Virus record (IMG/VR): IMGVR_UViG_3300017917_001940
Span: 65,830-129,829 of that record
DNA from: a virus
Length of the DNA stretch: 64,000 bases
Strand: one strand, 5' to 3'
Position numbers and translations under genes: made by a program. The notes under the pieces are model-generated. The model saw only the letters and a list, made by a program, of their open reading frames with translations, did not search any database and was not told where the DNA came from. Below are positions 19,997 to 28,499 of the stretch, in pieces. The number at the start of each line of letters is the position of its first letter. The first letter of the stretch is position 1.

Positions 19997-20025
19997 TTGA
20001 CAAAAAATACCCGTTTTGCTACAAT
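19997..20025 (+). promoter_or_regulatory. sigma70-type early promoter
   Basis: TTGACA-N17-TACAAT. Confidence 0.85.
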
Positions 20026-20053
20026 ATTAATATACAACTAAGAAAGGTGAGCT

Positions 20054-20434
20054 ATGTCTAAAAAAGAACCTATTGAAATTACAAGTAATTTACGAAGTTA
20101 TCGATTTGTTGGAGAACAGGCCGAAGCATTGGGCTTGAGATTAGATGCCGCTCGCCGTTCGCTTGAACAATCCAAGACACCTTGGGCAAAAAATCATTGG
20201 ACTAATGTAGTCAACCAATTGTTATTCCAGTGGAGGAATTTGCCAGCACTTCACGACAGTGATGCTACAATGTTAGACGTGCCACGTTGGACCGTTGATT
20301 ACGATTTTTACGAAATCGACGATGGTATTGGGTACGGTTTTGGTGAGAGATTAATGGAACGATTCAAAGAACAGGCTAACTTACAAGAATCCTGGGATCG
20401 TGTTAGAGAACAAAGACTAGCGAGGGCACAGTAA
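20054..20434 (+). CDS. hypothetical protein
   Basis: 126 aa ORF with RBS. Confidence 0.75.
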   Translation: MSKKEPIEITSNLRSYRFVGEQAEALGLRLDAARRSLEQSKTPWAKNHWTNVVNQLLFQWRNLPALHDSDATMLDVPRWTVDYDFYEIDDGIGYGFGERLMERFKEQANLQESWDRVREQRLARAQ

Positions 20435-20607
20435 TGATTGGATCGTTTTGGAGAGATGCCAACGGCAAAGAGTTTACAATTAAATTCGTTGACCACAACA
20501 TGAATGGATCATGGGTACATTATACTGATCAAGAAGGTCGAGAATACGATTGTTTAGTTGAAGCTTTTAAAACACGTTTTACTCCTGTGGAGAATATAAG
20601 AAGATGA
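20434..20607 (+). CDS. small hypothetical protein (57 aa, absent from the ORF track)
   Basis: TAATG coupling; MIGSFWRDANGKEF... Confidence 0.65.
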   Translation: MIGSFWRDANGKEFTIKFVDHNMNGSWVHYTDQEGREYDCLVEAFKTRFTPVENIRR

Positions 20608-20795
20608 TGAACGAAGAACGTCAATTAGTAGCACAAGCCGTCCTGGCTGGTGACTTGGATGCCGATCAGCTTACATGGGAAGAAGTTCAAGAAATTGAAT
20701 TACTAGTAGCTGATTTGGTTGCTGAAAAAACATTGATTGAGCAGGCCAAGTTAGGCAAGAATGTATTTGCCCACTATTCGGATATCATTCAATGA
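20604..20795 (+). CDS. small acidic hypothetical protein
   Basis: 63 aa, coupled. Confidence 0.7.
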   Translation: MMNEERQLVAQAVLAGDLDADQLTWEEVQEIELLVADLVAEKTLIEQAKLGKNVFAHYSDIIQ

Positions 20796-21127
20796 ATCAT
20801 CAGTTTATTGTCATGTGGGATTGTTACGGGCTGGAAGTATGCTGTGATGTAACCGAAGCACAACAACGGGCAGTTTGGGAAGAACTGCAAGGCAAAGGTG
20901 TCAGTGAAAGTGGCATACCAAGTTTAGGTCACCTAACACTTCGTGCTCGCTACAACCCACAGAGACATTATGAAATTTACATTATCGAAGCAGTTGAAGG
21001 CATTGGTGCTATCGACATTCGACAAATGTTTGAAGAAGATCCACAAGGTGCGGCTGATACAATTCGCCGCTTAGGTACTTGTGTTTACAGTGACAAGGTT
21101 GACAAGGAGAACCGTGTGATTGTATAA
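20792..21127 (+). CDS. conserved phage hypothetical protein
   Basis: MWDCYGLE...LRARYNPQRHYEIY. Confidence 0.75.
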   Translation: MNHQFIVMWDCYGLEVCCDVTEAQQRAVWEELQGKGVSESGIPSLGHLTLRARYNPQRHYEIYIIEAVEGIGAIDIRQMFEEDPQGAADTIRRLGTCVYSDKVDKENRVIV

Positions 21128-21128
21128 T
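21099..21128 (+). promoter_or_regulatory. sigma70 promoter embedded in the upstream gene end, firing into the RNA candidate
   Basis: GG-TTGACA-N18-TATAAT. Confidence 0.7.
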
Positions 21129-21384
21129 GGTTACTGGTTGCGGAGTAACGCCCGCTAGTCTGACCCGGACGAAAAGTGGAATGTTAACCACGGGTGGTTC
21201 CCGTTTAACCCTAACGGGCGTTGGCAGCACGACAGCGGCCCATGGTGAGGAGCGGATACCTCGTAAGCAGGCAGTTGGTCTATACTCGACTTTTAGGGCG
21301 ATAATCCTAGATTGAAGCGGTGAGCTAGACAGCTTGAAGGTGGAAAGATAAATGTAACCGCCGGTGGGTGCAGAGCACCTTTTT
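21129..21384 (+). ncRNA. candidate ~250 nt structured non-coding RNA
   Basis: GC-rich island; AACGCCCG/CGGGCGTT stem enclosing hairpins; further GAGG/CCTC, TAGG/CCTA and GGTGG/CCGCC stems; own promoter and terminator. Confidence 0.55.
21367..21384 (+). terminator. putative intrinsic terminator
   Basis: GGTGC-AGA-GCACC-TTTTT. Confidence 0.55.
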
Positions 21385-21390
21385 CTTATA

Positions 21391-21405
21391 AATCAATGAC
21401 TTAGC
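21391..21405 (+). promoter_or_regulatory. IHF-consensus site
   Basis: AATCAATGACTTAGC, 7 nt upstream of a -35 box. Confidence 0.65.
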
Positions 21406-21412
21406 TTATTGG

Positions 21413-21441
21413 TTGACCAAAATCACATAGTTTGCTATAAT
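21413..21441 (+). promoter_or_regulatory. sigma70-type early promoter of the RM-like operon
   Basis: TTGACC-N17-TATAAT. Confidence 0.85.
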
Positions 21442-21466
21442 AGCAGTATAGAATAAGGATAAATTA

Positions 21467-23698
21467 ATGGCAAGAATGATGATTTATACCTGGAATGACC
21501 AGGACAATGCACTTGATGAAACAAAGATGGGAGACCACTTTGTGCCGTTTGACTGCACTCTGCAACAGGCAGAGCAACACACTATTGATTATATTCGAAC
21601 TCAATTCCCTCGTCGTGCTCGACACTTTAATAGTGGTCGTGTGCTAATGAAAGTTTGGGACGTTAGTGATATTGCTCGCAAGTTTAATAAATTTCGCAAG
21701 GGCAGTCACATTGACGATTTAATTCGCGAGGCATGTTTGGGGCGGCCAGGTACACAAGGTCGAGAATTCCATGCACTGCCATTTGATGATACAAATGCCA
21801 AACTTGACAAGTATCTGTATAAAATGGGTACTCCACCACCAGTGGTTTGTTTGACTGCCTGGCAGGCTCGTAGTGCTGAACGTGTTATTGAAGATATTGC
21901 TAATGGTAAGAGAACTATCATGGCTGAGTTATGTGCTCGCTTTGGTAAAACTATTTGGGGTGGTGTATTAACTCGCGAAACTAACGCTAATCTTACAGTG
22001 GTTGTCAGTTATGTGCTAACCAGCTTTGCCAGTTTTGAAAAAGAATTTGTGGGGTTTAAGCAATTTGCTGACTTTGTTAGTGTGGACACCTCCGATCCAG
22101 ATTATCAACAAGTAATTGATCAAGCACTTGCCGAAAACAAACAGGTAGTAGCATTTTTATCAATGTGTGTAGGCAGTAAACGTCAACAAAAAATCGACTA
22201 TTTGTTTGGCTTAGACACAACTCGATTGGTGTTAATTGACGAAGCCGACTTTGGTGTACACAAAGCAGGACAAGCCAAACCTTTAGTAGAAGCAAGAGAT
22301 CCTAACGATGTTATTATTTTGATGACAGGAACTAACGCAGACAAAGCCTCTAGTTACTGGCCTGTGGATTCTGTTATCAGCGTGGTTTATCCTGAACTGT
22401 TAATTGAAAAAAGATTAACTGCCAACACCAAATATACCACTAGCCTCAAGCATTTTAAGATTGATCCTGCTCGACACAATTTAGTAGTTGATGTAGAATT
22501 CTATCAAATGGATTTAAAAAGTGCTGTGGAATTTGCACGAGCAACTGATCCAGAAGCATTTGTTGAAGATGGTATCTACTTACCCAGTTGGACCAAGTTT
22601 GCCGCTAATCCTATTAAAGCCAAGGGTTTCTGGACTCGTATGCTACAGTCGGTATTCCTGGGTCAGCATGGGTGGGACGAACTCAACGTAGAATACCAGT
22701 TTGGAGAAGTCGCCGATCATCGGGTAGCTATGATGTTCTTAAGTGGTAGCATGAGAAATACCAACTTAGATATTGCGGCCAAACTGGCTCAACAGGCATT
22801 GCCAGGATATGTTGTAGTACCTATCTACGGCGAAGAGATGACCAATCGTTCAGCAGAGAAAGATGTTAAAGATGCTATCGAATTGGCCCGTGAAAAAAAT
22901 CAAAGCGTATTGTTACTAAGTGCTGGTATGGCTCAGCGTAGTTTTAGCGTAGGGGCAATCACAGAACTTTATCTTGCGTATGATGAAGGCGATAACGGTG
23001 CCACAATACAAAAAATCAGTCGAGCGTTGACTCCAGAAGAACAAGGTAAAGTTGGTCGTATTGTTAGTTTAAGTTTTGATCCTAATCGTGATGACAAGTT
23101 TGATTCACTGTTGATTGAAACAGCATTAAACTATAAACGTAGCCGTTGTATTAAATCAGCTAAAGAAGCCATGCGTGATGTACTACACACAGTAGATATC
23201 TTCCGCTGTACAGCCGATGGTTCAATCAAACTAGACGGCGATGATTACTTAGAACAGGCAATTGAACGTAAAAGCGTCAGCCGAGTGGTAGGTAAAGTTG
23301 CAGACATTACTAAATTATCTGTAGCTGAACTAACAGCACTAGCCGACGGTAATGCCAACGCATTTAGAGCCGCTAAACAACAAGCCGCAGAGCGTGGTAA
23401 AACTCGAGCTCGTAGCGTTCCAGGAAGTAAAAATAAAAACAATTCAGAAGAGATGGCCACAGCCAAACTAATTGCTCAAGCCCGTGAAGTTATCACAACC
23501 ATTGTTGAGAATTTGGATATCATTGTGCAAGGAACTGGTAGTCACAACATCAATCGAGCATTTAAACTAATTGAAAACAACCCCGAACACCAACAGGCAG
23601 TCGCAGAAGAGTTTGGTGTTGAGTTTGAACTAATTAAAGAGCTATTTGATCACGGAGTTATTAACACCGATTTGGTCGAATTGCAAGTTGATCATTAA
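21467..23698 (+). CDS. SF2 helicase, restriction (Res)-like, with a putative N-terminal nuclease domain
   Basis: CARFGKT (Walker A variant), LIDEADFG, MTGT; N-terminal ~110 aa resembles T5orf172/GIY-YIG-like domains (weak). Confidence 0.75.
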   Translation: MARMMIYTWNDQDNALDETKMGDHFVPFDCTLQQAEQHTIDYIRTQFPRRARHFNSGRVLMKVWDVSDIARKFNKFRKGSHIDDLIREACLGRPGTQGREFHALPFDDTNAKLDKYLYKMGTPPPVVCLTAWQARSAERVIEDIANGKRTIMAELCARFGKTIWGGVLTRETNANLTVVVSYVLTSFASFEKEFVGFKQFADFVSVDTSDPDYQQVIDQALAENKQVVAFLSMCVGSKRQQKIDYLFGLDTTRLVLIDEADFGVHKAGQAKPLVEARDPNDVIILMTGTNADKASSYWPVDSVISVVYPELLIEKRLTANTKYTTSLKHFKIDPARHNLVVDVEFYQMDLKSAVEFARATDPEAFVEDGIYLPSWTKFAANPIKAKGFWTRMLQSVFLGQHGWDELNVEYQFGEVADHRVAMMFLSGSMRNTNLDIAAKLAQQALPGYVVVPIYGEEMTNRSAEKDVKDAIELAREKNQSVLLLSAGMAQRSFSVGAITELYLAYDEGDNGATIQKISRALTPEEQGKVGRIVSLSFDPNRDDKFDSLLIETALNYKRSRCIKSAKEAMRDVLHTVDIFRCTADGSIKLDGDDYLEQAIERKSVSRVVGKVADITKLSVAELTALADGNANAFRAAKQQAAERGKTRARSVPGSKNKNNSEEMATAKLIAQAREVITTIVENLDIIVQGTGSHNINRAFKLIENNPEHQQAVAEEFGVEFELIKELFDHGVINTDLVELQVDH

Positions 23699-23718
23699 CG
23701 GTTTATAAAGTAAAATAT

Positions 23719-24939
23719 ATGATTGGTCGTTTAAAATTTGAAATTGATCCGTTGGTTAAAAAAATGATTGACAGATTACCAAATGATGTTATTGTCAATG
23801 GAACCATATTTGATCCGGCTATCGGTGGAGGACAGTTTGTTCGAGAGATTGAACGACGCAAACGTGCCGCTGGTAAAACTGATGCCGAGATTGCCTCTAC
23901 TGTGTTTGGTTTTGAAGAAAATGTTCTGCGAAAAAACTATGCAGTAAATAAGAACAAGTTAGTAGGAACTTATAAAGTTGGAAACTTTTTAACCGAGGAA
24001 ATAAAAATGAAATTTGATGTGATTGTTGGGAATCCTCCATATCAAGATAGTCGTGCACCAACTTTAAAATTGTGGCATAAGTTTGTTGAAAAAAGTTTTG
24101 ATTTAATTAATGATGATGGATATCTGGCTTTTGTAACACCTCGTTCTTGGGTTGAGCGTCCTTCTAGTCAACTGAGCAATAAAATTGTCAAGGAAGTTTT
24201 TGCTAAACATCAGTTGTCATGGTTAGACATCACAGCTAAAGATTACTTTCCAGGCATTGGAGAGAATCCATGTTCTTATTGTGTAATCAAAACTAAAAAA
24301 ACTAGTTTAACAGAAGTAATACTAGCAGACAAAACGGAGATGATTGATTATCACGGTCAAAAAATTCCATTAGATGAACTAGATCATTATAAAGTATCAA
24401 TATTTCCTAAACTAACAGGTCAAGGTCATAGGACTCTATTAGATGTTGTGTACAGTGATACTGGTACCGCAACCAGCGTCGACGTAATGGTTAATGATGG
24501 TGTAATGTGCGATACTCCCCAACCTTCTATTACACATGCTAAGGTTTTTTGGACGGCGGCAAATACTGATACCTACTACATGGAACGCAGTAAGATTAAA
24601 TCTGGTATAAAAGTCATTATCAATAGAAGTGGATACTATTACCACCCAGACTTTCCAACCAAATACATTTTAATTGACAGCAAGAATGAATATGCTGTGG
24701 GTGCTGGTGCGTTTGGAATTTCTTGTAAAAACAAACAAGAAGCTAAAAATTTAGTTTCGTTACTAACTACAAAACTTTATAGGTGGTTTATTGACAACGA
24801 AAAAACCAGTGGATTTAATACCGGCATTACTAAATTGCCGCTACTAGATTTAAACAAGACCTGGACCGACAGAGAAGTTTTTGATTTGTTTAATATCTCA
24901 ACCGAAGAAGAAGCGTATATAAATGATTTCTATAGTTGA
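23719..24939 (+). CDS. N6-adenine DNA methyltransferase (gamma/Eco57I-like)
   Basis: FDPAIGGGQF (motif I), FDVIVGNPPY (motif IV), GYLAFVTPRSW, C-terminal TRD-like region. Confidence 0.88.
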   Translation: MIGRLKFEIDPLVKKMIDRLPNDVIVNGTIFDPAIGGGQFVREIERRKRAAGKTDAEIASTVFGFEENVLRKNYAVNKNKLVGTYKVGNFLTEEIKMKFDVIVGNPPYQDSRAPTLKLWHKFVEKSFDLINDDGYLAFVTPRSWVERPSSQLSNKIVKEVFAKHQLSWLDITAKDYFPGIGENPCSYCVIKTKKTSLTEVILADKTEMIDYHGQKIPLDELDHYKVSIFPKLTGQGHRTLLDVVYSDTGTATSVDVMVNDGVMCDTPQPSITHAKVFWTAANTDTYYMERSKIKSGIKVIINRSGYYYHPDFPTKYILIDSKNEYAVGAGAFGISCKNKQEAKNLVSLLTTKLYRWFIDNEKTSGFNTGITKLPLLDLNKTWTDREVFDLFNISTEEEAYINDFYS

Positions 24940-25432
24940 TATGATTTCTCATATAAGAGAACGATCATACATGAGTGGTGTTGATCGCGACGCGGTGCGG
25001 GTAAAAGCGACGGGTGAAGTATTCACGCCAACACCTCTAGTAATAAAAATGTTAGATCGGATGCCTAAAGAATTATTTAAAGACCCAACCAAAACATTTT
25101 GTGACCCAAGTTGTGGTGATGGCCAGTTCCTTGGTGAAGTACTAATCCGTAAAGTAGAAAACGGCATAGATTTTGAAACAGCACTCTCTACAATCTATGG
25201 TGTGGATCTCATGGAAGATAACATAAAACTCTGTCAAGACCGTTTGCTTTGTGGTAGAGAAGACCTGCGTCACATAGTTGAAAAAAACATTGTATGTGCC
25301 GATGCACTGAGATATCACTATAGATTTGATAATTCAGACCCGTACGAAACGGAATATGAATACAGACTAAAGCAGTTAGGTATTATACCTATGATATCCC
25401 AGTATAAAAGCAATACCAAAGTTCCTGCTTAA
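24923..25432 (+). CDS. short methyltransferase subunit (SAM-binding half only)
   Basis: GEVFTP (motif X), DPSCGDGQF (I), YGVDL (II), CADAL (III); no NPPY. Confidence 0.8.
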   Translation: MISIVDMISHIRERSYMSGVDRDAVRVKATGEVFTPTPLVIKMLDRMPKELFKDPTKTFCDPSCGDGQFLGEVLIRKVENGIDFETALSTIYGVDLMEDNIKLCQDRLLCGREDLRHIVEKNIVCADALRYHYRFDNSDPYETEYEYRLKQLGIIPMISQYKSNTKVPA

Positions 25433-25447
25433 TAAAAATCCCTTATA

Positions 25448-25462
25448 AATCAACAACTTAGT
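25448..25462 (+). promoter_or_regulatory. IHF-consensus site
   Basis: AATCAACAACTTAGT. Confidence 0.6.
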
Positions 25463-25467
25463 TCAGG

Positions 25468-25496
25468 TTGACCAAAATTGCCCAATTTGCTATACT
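25468..25496 (+). promoter_or_regulatory. sigma70-type early promoter
   Basis: TTGACC-N17-TATACT. Confidence 0.85.
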
Positions 25497-25525
25497 ATTA
25501 TTATAGTTAACACTTTGGAGCGATA

Positions 25526-25855
25526 ATGAAAGAAAAAGAATTAGAAACTAAATCAGCAGGTTACTTTGCTTATGCGGCGGCACGTGATGCTCGTATCAAA
25601 GCCGTGGCCATGTGGAGTCATTACAAGCCCGAACAGCAAGTTGAGGCTGAGCGTGTAAAGTTGGGTTTGGAGTTAGTGTATTTCTATAAAAATATCTACA
25701 TCAGCCCACGCAAGAAGTTTATCACTATCAAAGTGGAAAACGGGCGAGTCAAAGATCCCAAGGGTCTGCGTTTCCTTGAGGAAGAATGGGAAGCCAAAGG
25801 TTACACTAAATCTGTAAGTAATCAAGGCGTTATCTATCATATTCCAAAGGCTTAA
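25526..25855 (+). CDS. hypothetical protein
   Basis: 109 aa ORF with GGAG RBS. Confidence 0.75.
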   Translation: MKEKELETKSAGYFAYAAARDARIKAVAMWSHYKPEQQVEAERVKLGLELVYFYKNIYISPRKKFITIKVENGRVKDPKGLRFLEEEWEAKGYTKSVSNQGVIYHIPKA

Positions 25856-25856
25856 T

Positions 25857-26513
25857 ATGTCTAAAAGGAATTTACCAGCACCACTCGATCAAAGCACAGC
25901 ATGGGCCGCGGCCGCGATTGCGTTCCGTGCTAACGGTGATCAGTATGTCAAGGTAATTGATGCTACAGATGATCGTAGGACCAACATTGATCTTGTTTAC
26001 GAGATTATCAATAGCCCAAATCTGGATGCTACGATCTTGAAGCACGATCACGAGCTGGGTCAGCAGATCCGTAAGTACATTGGGCTCACAGCCACAGCGG
26101 CCGCACTTCGAGGTACACTAGACTCATGGGGTCAAGAAATGGCCCGTGTGAGTCAGTTGGATGAGATTGCCGCAACTTACGATCTTCATATCATTGCCAG
26201 TTTGCCCGCCACTTATCATCGTTACTTACAACGTGAAAAGGTGCATCAACGACTTAACGAGTGTGTGGTATTCGCACCCAGGATTGGGGACAAGGTTGAA
26301 ATCGATTGCGAAGTATTGGAAAGCAAATGGAGCCAGAAATGGTCTACCTACTATATCACAGTGGTAGACAGCCATAACCATGCGTTCTTCTTTGCTTATC
26401 GTAACCAGATCAAACCTGGCACTCGATTTACTGCTCGTGGTACAGTCAAGCGTATCTCTGGTAACCAAATTCAACTTAACCGTGTTAAAACCGACTTAAA
26501 CCAGGAGGAATAA
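25857..26513 (+). CDS. hypothetical protein with a C-terminal OB-fold-like domain
   Basis: IGDKVEIDCEVL...FTARGTVK...QLNRVK. Confidence 0.65.
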   Translation: MSKRNLPAPLDQSTAWAAAAIAFRANGDQYVKVIDATDDRRTNIDLVYEIINSPNLDATILKHDHELGQQIRKYIGLTATAAALRGTLDSWGQEMARVSQLDEIAATYDLHIIASLPATYHRYLQREKVHQRLNECVVFAPRIGDKVEIDCEVLESKWSQKWSTYYITVVDSHNHAFFFAYRNQIKPGTRFTARGTVKRISGNQIQLNRVKTDLNQEE

Positions 26514-26641
26514 TGAAAAACTTTATCGTAGGTACTGTTTTTGGTATTGTTATTTGTACTATTGGATTTGGTGGCGTGGCTCGTTTGGTTGACGCTGGAG
26601 TAATTAAGGTTCAGGAAGTGGCTAAAAAGGCCACAGAATAA
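26513..26641 (+). CDS. 42 aa membrane/secreted peptide (absent from the ORF track)
   Basis: AGGAGG RBS; MKNFIVGTVFGIVICTIGFGG. Confidence 0.65.
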   Translation: MKNFIVGTVFGIVICTIGFGGVARLVDAGVIKVQEVAKKATE

Positions 26642-26660
26642 CCAAAAGAACATATAATAG

Positions 26661-26689
26661 TTGACAGGAAATACCCGTTCAGCTATAAT
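26661..26689 (+). promoter_or_regulatory. sigma70-type early promoter
   Basis: TTGACA-N17-TATAAT. Confidence 0.85.
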
Positions 26690-26775
26690 ATATGTATATG
26701 CTAAGAAATTGGCATATTAGTAGTAAAATTAATTTTATTAAACTTGTAAGGCAACTTAAGAAAGGCAACACAAAA

Positions 26776-27090
26776 ATGGCAACAGAAAAACTCTTTACAG
26801 TAGCAGGCACAGCAAAAAACGCTGATGGTACAGTTAAAGCTCGCTTCGCAAATGACTTGGTAGCTCGTATCAAGATCTTGAACAAAGCAGGTTGTACTGA
26901 TATCGATCTCATTGAGCTACCAAAGGCAATGACTAAGTTGGAGGCTTTGCAACATCTTCAGACTCTAGGTAAGACTGGTGATGCGGCTTATGCAGTAGCC
27001 AACAAGTTGGCTGAGAAAACTAAGATCGCCAAGCGTGATCAGGTTAAGATCGCCAGCAAGTCAGAGACTCGTGTAGCTGACGAAGCCTAA
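26776..27090 (+). CDS. conserved basic hypothetical protein
   Basis: FTVAGTA...KARFAND...IELPKAMTK. Confidence 0.75.
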   Translation: MATEKLFTVAGTAKNADGTVKARFANDLVARIKILNKAGCTDIDLIELPKAMTKLEALQHLQTLGKTGDAAYAVANKLAEKTKIAKRDQVKIASKSETRVADEA

Positions 27091-27098
27091 TTAAGGCA

Positions 27099-27142
27099 GG
27101 GTGGCAGGACGCTGGGTGTAGGCCCAGACTGTAAGTCCACCC
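27099..27142 (+). ncRNA. GC-rich stem-loop in a 3' UTR
   Basis: GGGTGG/CCACCC enclosing CTGGG/CCCAG. Confidence 0.3.
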
Positions 27143-27156
27143 AACAGAATTCAACC

Positions 27157-27185
27157 AAAAGCGGTGTATTTGATGCACCGCTTTT
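27157..27185. terminator. strong intrinsic terminator (bidirectional-type)
   Basis: AAAAGCGGTGTA-TTTGA-TGCACCGCTTTT. Confidence 0.85.
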
Positions 27186-27207
27186 CCTTTTGGCATAAAT
27201 TAGTAGT

Positions 27208-27447
27208 ATGTTAGATGATTTGGAAATCGAATCAACCATTAAATTTGCCATTTATAGTTTAATGTTATGCTTATATGATTATGGTATGGAGGAAATTCAC
27301 CTCGGTGGTCTCATGCGACTACTTGGTGTGCCAAATTCCACTGCTGAAAAGTATGACGAAGATATAGTGGTACTCGATGATGAGTTTGCAGAATTTGTTT
27401 TAGAAATGACCCAAACGGCCAAGCAATCGGGCCAAACACTACATTAA
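27208..27447 (+). CDS. acidic hypothetical protein
   Basis: 79 aa ORF. Confidence 0.7.
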   Translation: MLDDLEIESTIKFAIYSLMLCLYDYGMEEIHLGGLMRLLGVPNSTAEKYDEDIVVLDDEFAEFVLEMTQTAKQSGQTLH

Positions 27448-27695
27448 TGACCATTAGTACTATTAAACACGGTGAACCTCTATTTGTGGTCATCGTTAGG
27501 GACCCTAAGGCTACACCCATGCTTAAAAGTTGGATAGCCGAAAACAAAATCTCTCACGCCCAGGTCAACGAAAACAAAATGCAGTTATACGATTACCACT
27601 CTATGTGTGTATTCAACTTAACTTGGGCTAACGGATGGGCAAATGTTGTTATCTGGGACGCTTGGAACAAGCGTCACATTCACCAAAATACTTGA
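27447..27695 (+). CDS. hypothetical protein
   Basis: 82 aa, coupled. Confidence 0.7.
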   Translation: MTISTIKHGEPLFVVIVRDPKATPMLKSWIAENKISHAQVNENKMQLYDYHSMCVFNLTWANGWANVVIWDAWNKRHIHQNT

Positions 27696-27720
27696 CATGA
27701 CAAAAATATTTGCCTACACT
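27692..27720 (+). promoter_or_regulatory. sigma70-type promoter, followed by a TAAATA late motif (27732-27737)
   Basis: TTGACA-N17-TACACT. Confidence 0.7.
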
Positions 27721-27764
27721 GTATAGTAGTCTAAATATAGACACTATTAGAAAAGGAAATAAAC

Positions 27765-27953
27765 ATGTCAACAAATCATGACGCAATCAAAACAGCATTC
27801 GAAACATACATCGCTGAGAACGACAAGTTCACAGGCAAGGGTGTAAAAGCATCAGCCGCACGTGCTCGCAAAGCATTACAAGAAATGTCCAAAGCGATCA
27901 AAGAGCGTCGTAAAGAAATCACAGCAGAGAAAGAGGCATTGGCAGCGAAGTAA
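27765..27953 (+). CDS. histone H1-like (Hc1-like) small basic protein
   Basis: KGVKASAARARKALQEMSKAIKERRKEI. Confidence 0.65.
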   Translation: MSTNHDAIKTAFETYIAENDKFTGKGVKASAARARKALQEMSKAIKERRKEITAEKEALAAK

Positions 27954-28393
27954 TGGCCACTCTTGACCCACGAGATATTAACCTAAATTTGGGTAGTGAC
28001 TACGAAACTGGTTCTACCCAAGATACCTTTACTTTTTCAGACGATACAATCACGTTGAGTAATGTAGCATATCCATATCTGTCTGGTACAGGGCTTCAAT
28101 ATGATAGTAATGCCCAAATTTGGGCTAGTTCAACTGATTGGGGCAAAGGATCTGGGCAAATACACCTAGATGGTGAAGGTGCGGATATCAAAGTTAACGG
28201 TAAAAGTCTAATGGAGTCTATCCAAAAGATAGAAGAACGGTTAAACATTCTTACCCCAAATGCCAATTTGGAACAAGAATGGGCTGAACTTAAGGCTTTA
28301 GGTGACAAGTATCGCGAGCTGGAAAAGCATATTTTGGCCAAGCAGGCTACCTGGGATAAACTCAAAGCCATGCCTCCGCCCGAAATAGATTGA
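27953..28393 (+). CDS. conserved phage hypothetical protein
   Basis: ADIKVNGKSL...IEERLNIL...WAELKALGDKYRELE. Confidence 0.75.
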   Translation: MATLDPRDINLNLGSDYETGSTQDTFTFSDDTITLSNVAYPYLSGTGLQYDSNAQIWASSTDWGKGSGQIHLDGEGADIKVNGKSLMESIQKIEERLNILTPNANLEQEWAELKALGDKYRELEKHILAKQATWDKLKAMPPPEID

Positions 28394-28418
28394 CCATTAT
28401 GAGCATATAGTATATAAT
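28390..28418 (+). promoter_or_regulatory. sigma70-type promoter
   Basis: TTGACC-N17-TATAAT. Confidence 0.75.
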
Positions 28419-28499
28419 GTATTATATGCTCAGTTAATGGCAAAAAGTACCAAAAATCAAGTTATTTTTCGTACTCACGTAGTAGAATCACTAAGTATT

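Noticed and set aside
21160-21180. CTGA...GAAA as a hammerhead ribozyme core
   Set aside because: Lacks CUGANGA and a properly placed stem II
21127-21315. 62 aa ORF over the RNA candidate
   Set aside because: No RBS, ATG sits at the -10 box, low-information sequence; better explained as structured RNA
27120-27140. ACTGTAA as a cobalamin riboswitch B12 box
   Set aside because: Far too short and lacks the other conserved cobalamin riboswitch elements
28452-28470. AATCAAGTTATTT as a further IHF site
   Set aside because: Mismatch at the TTR position and lacks the GACTTAG extension shared by the other copies
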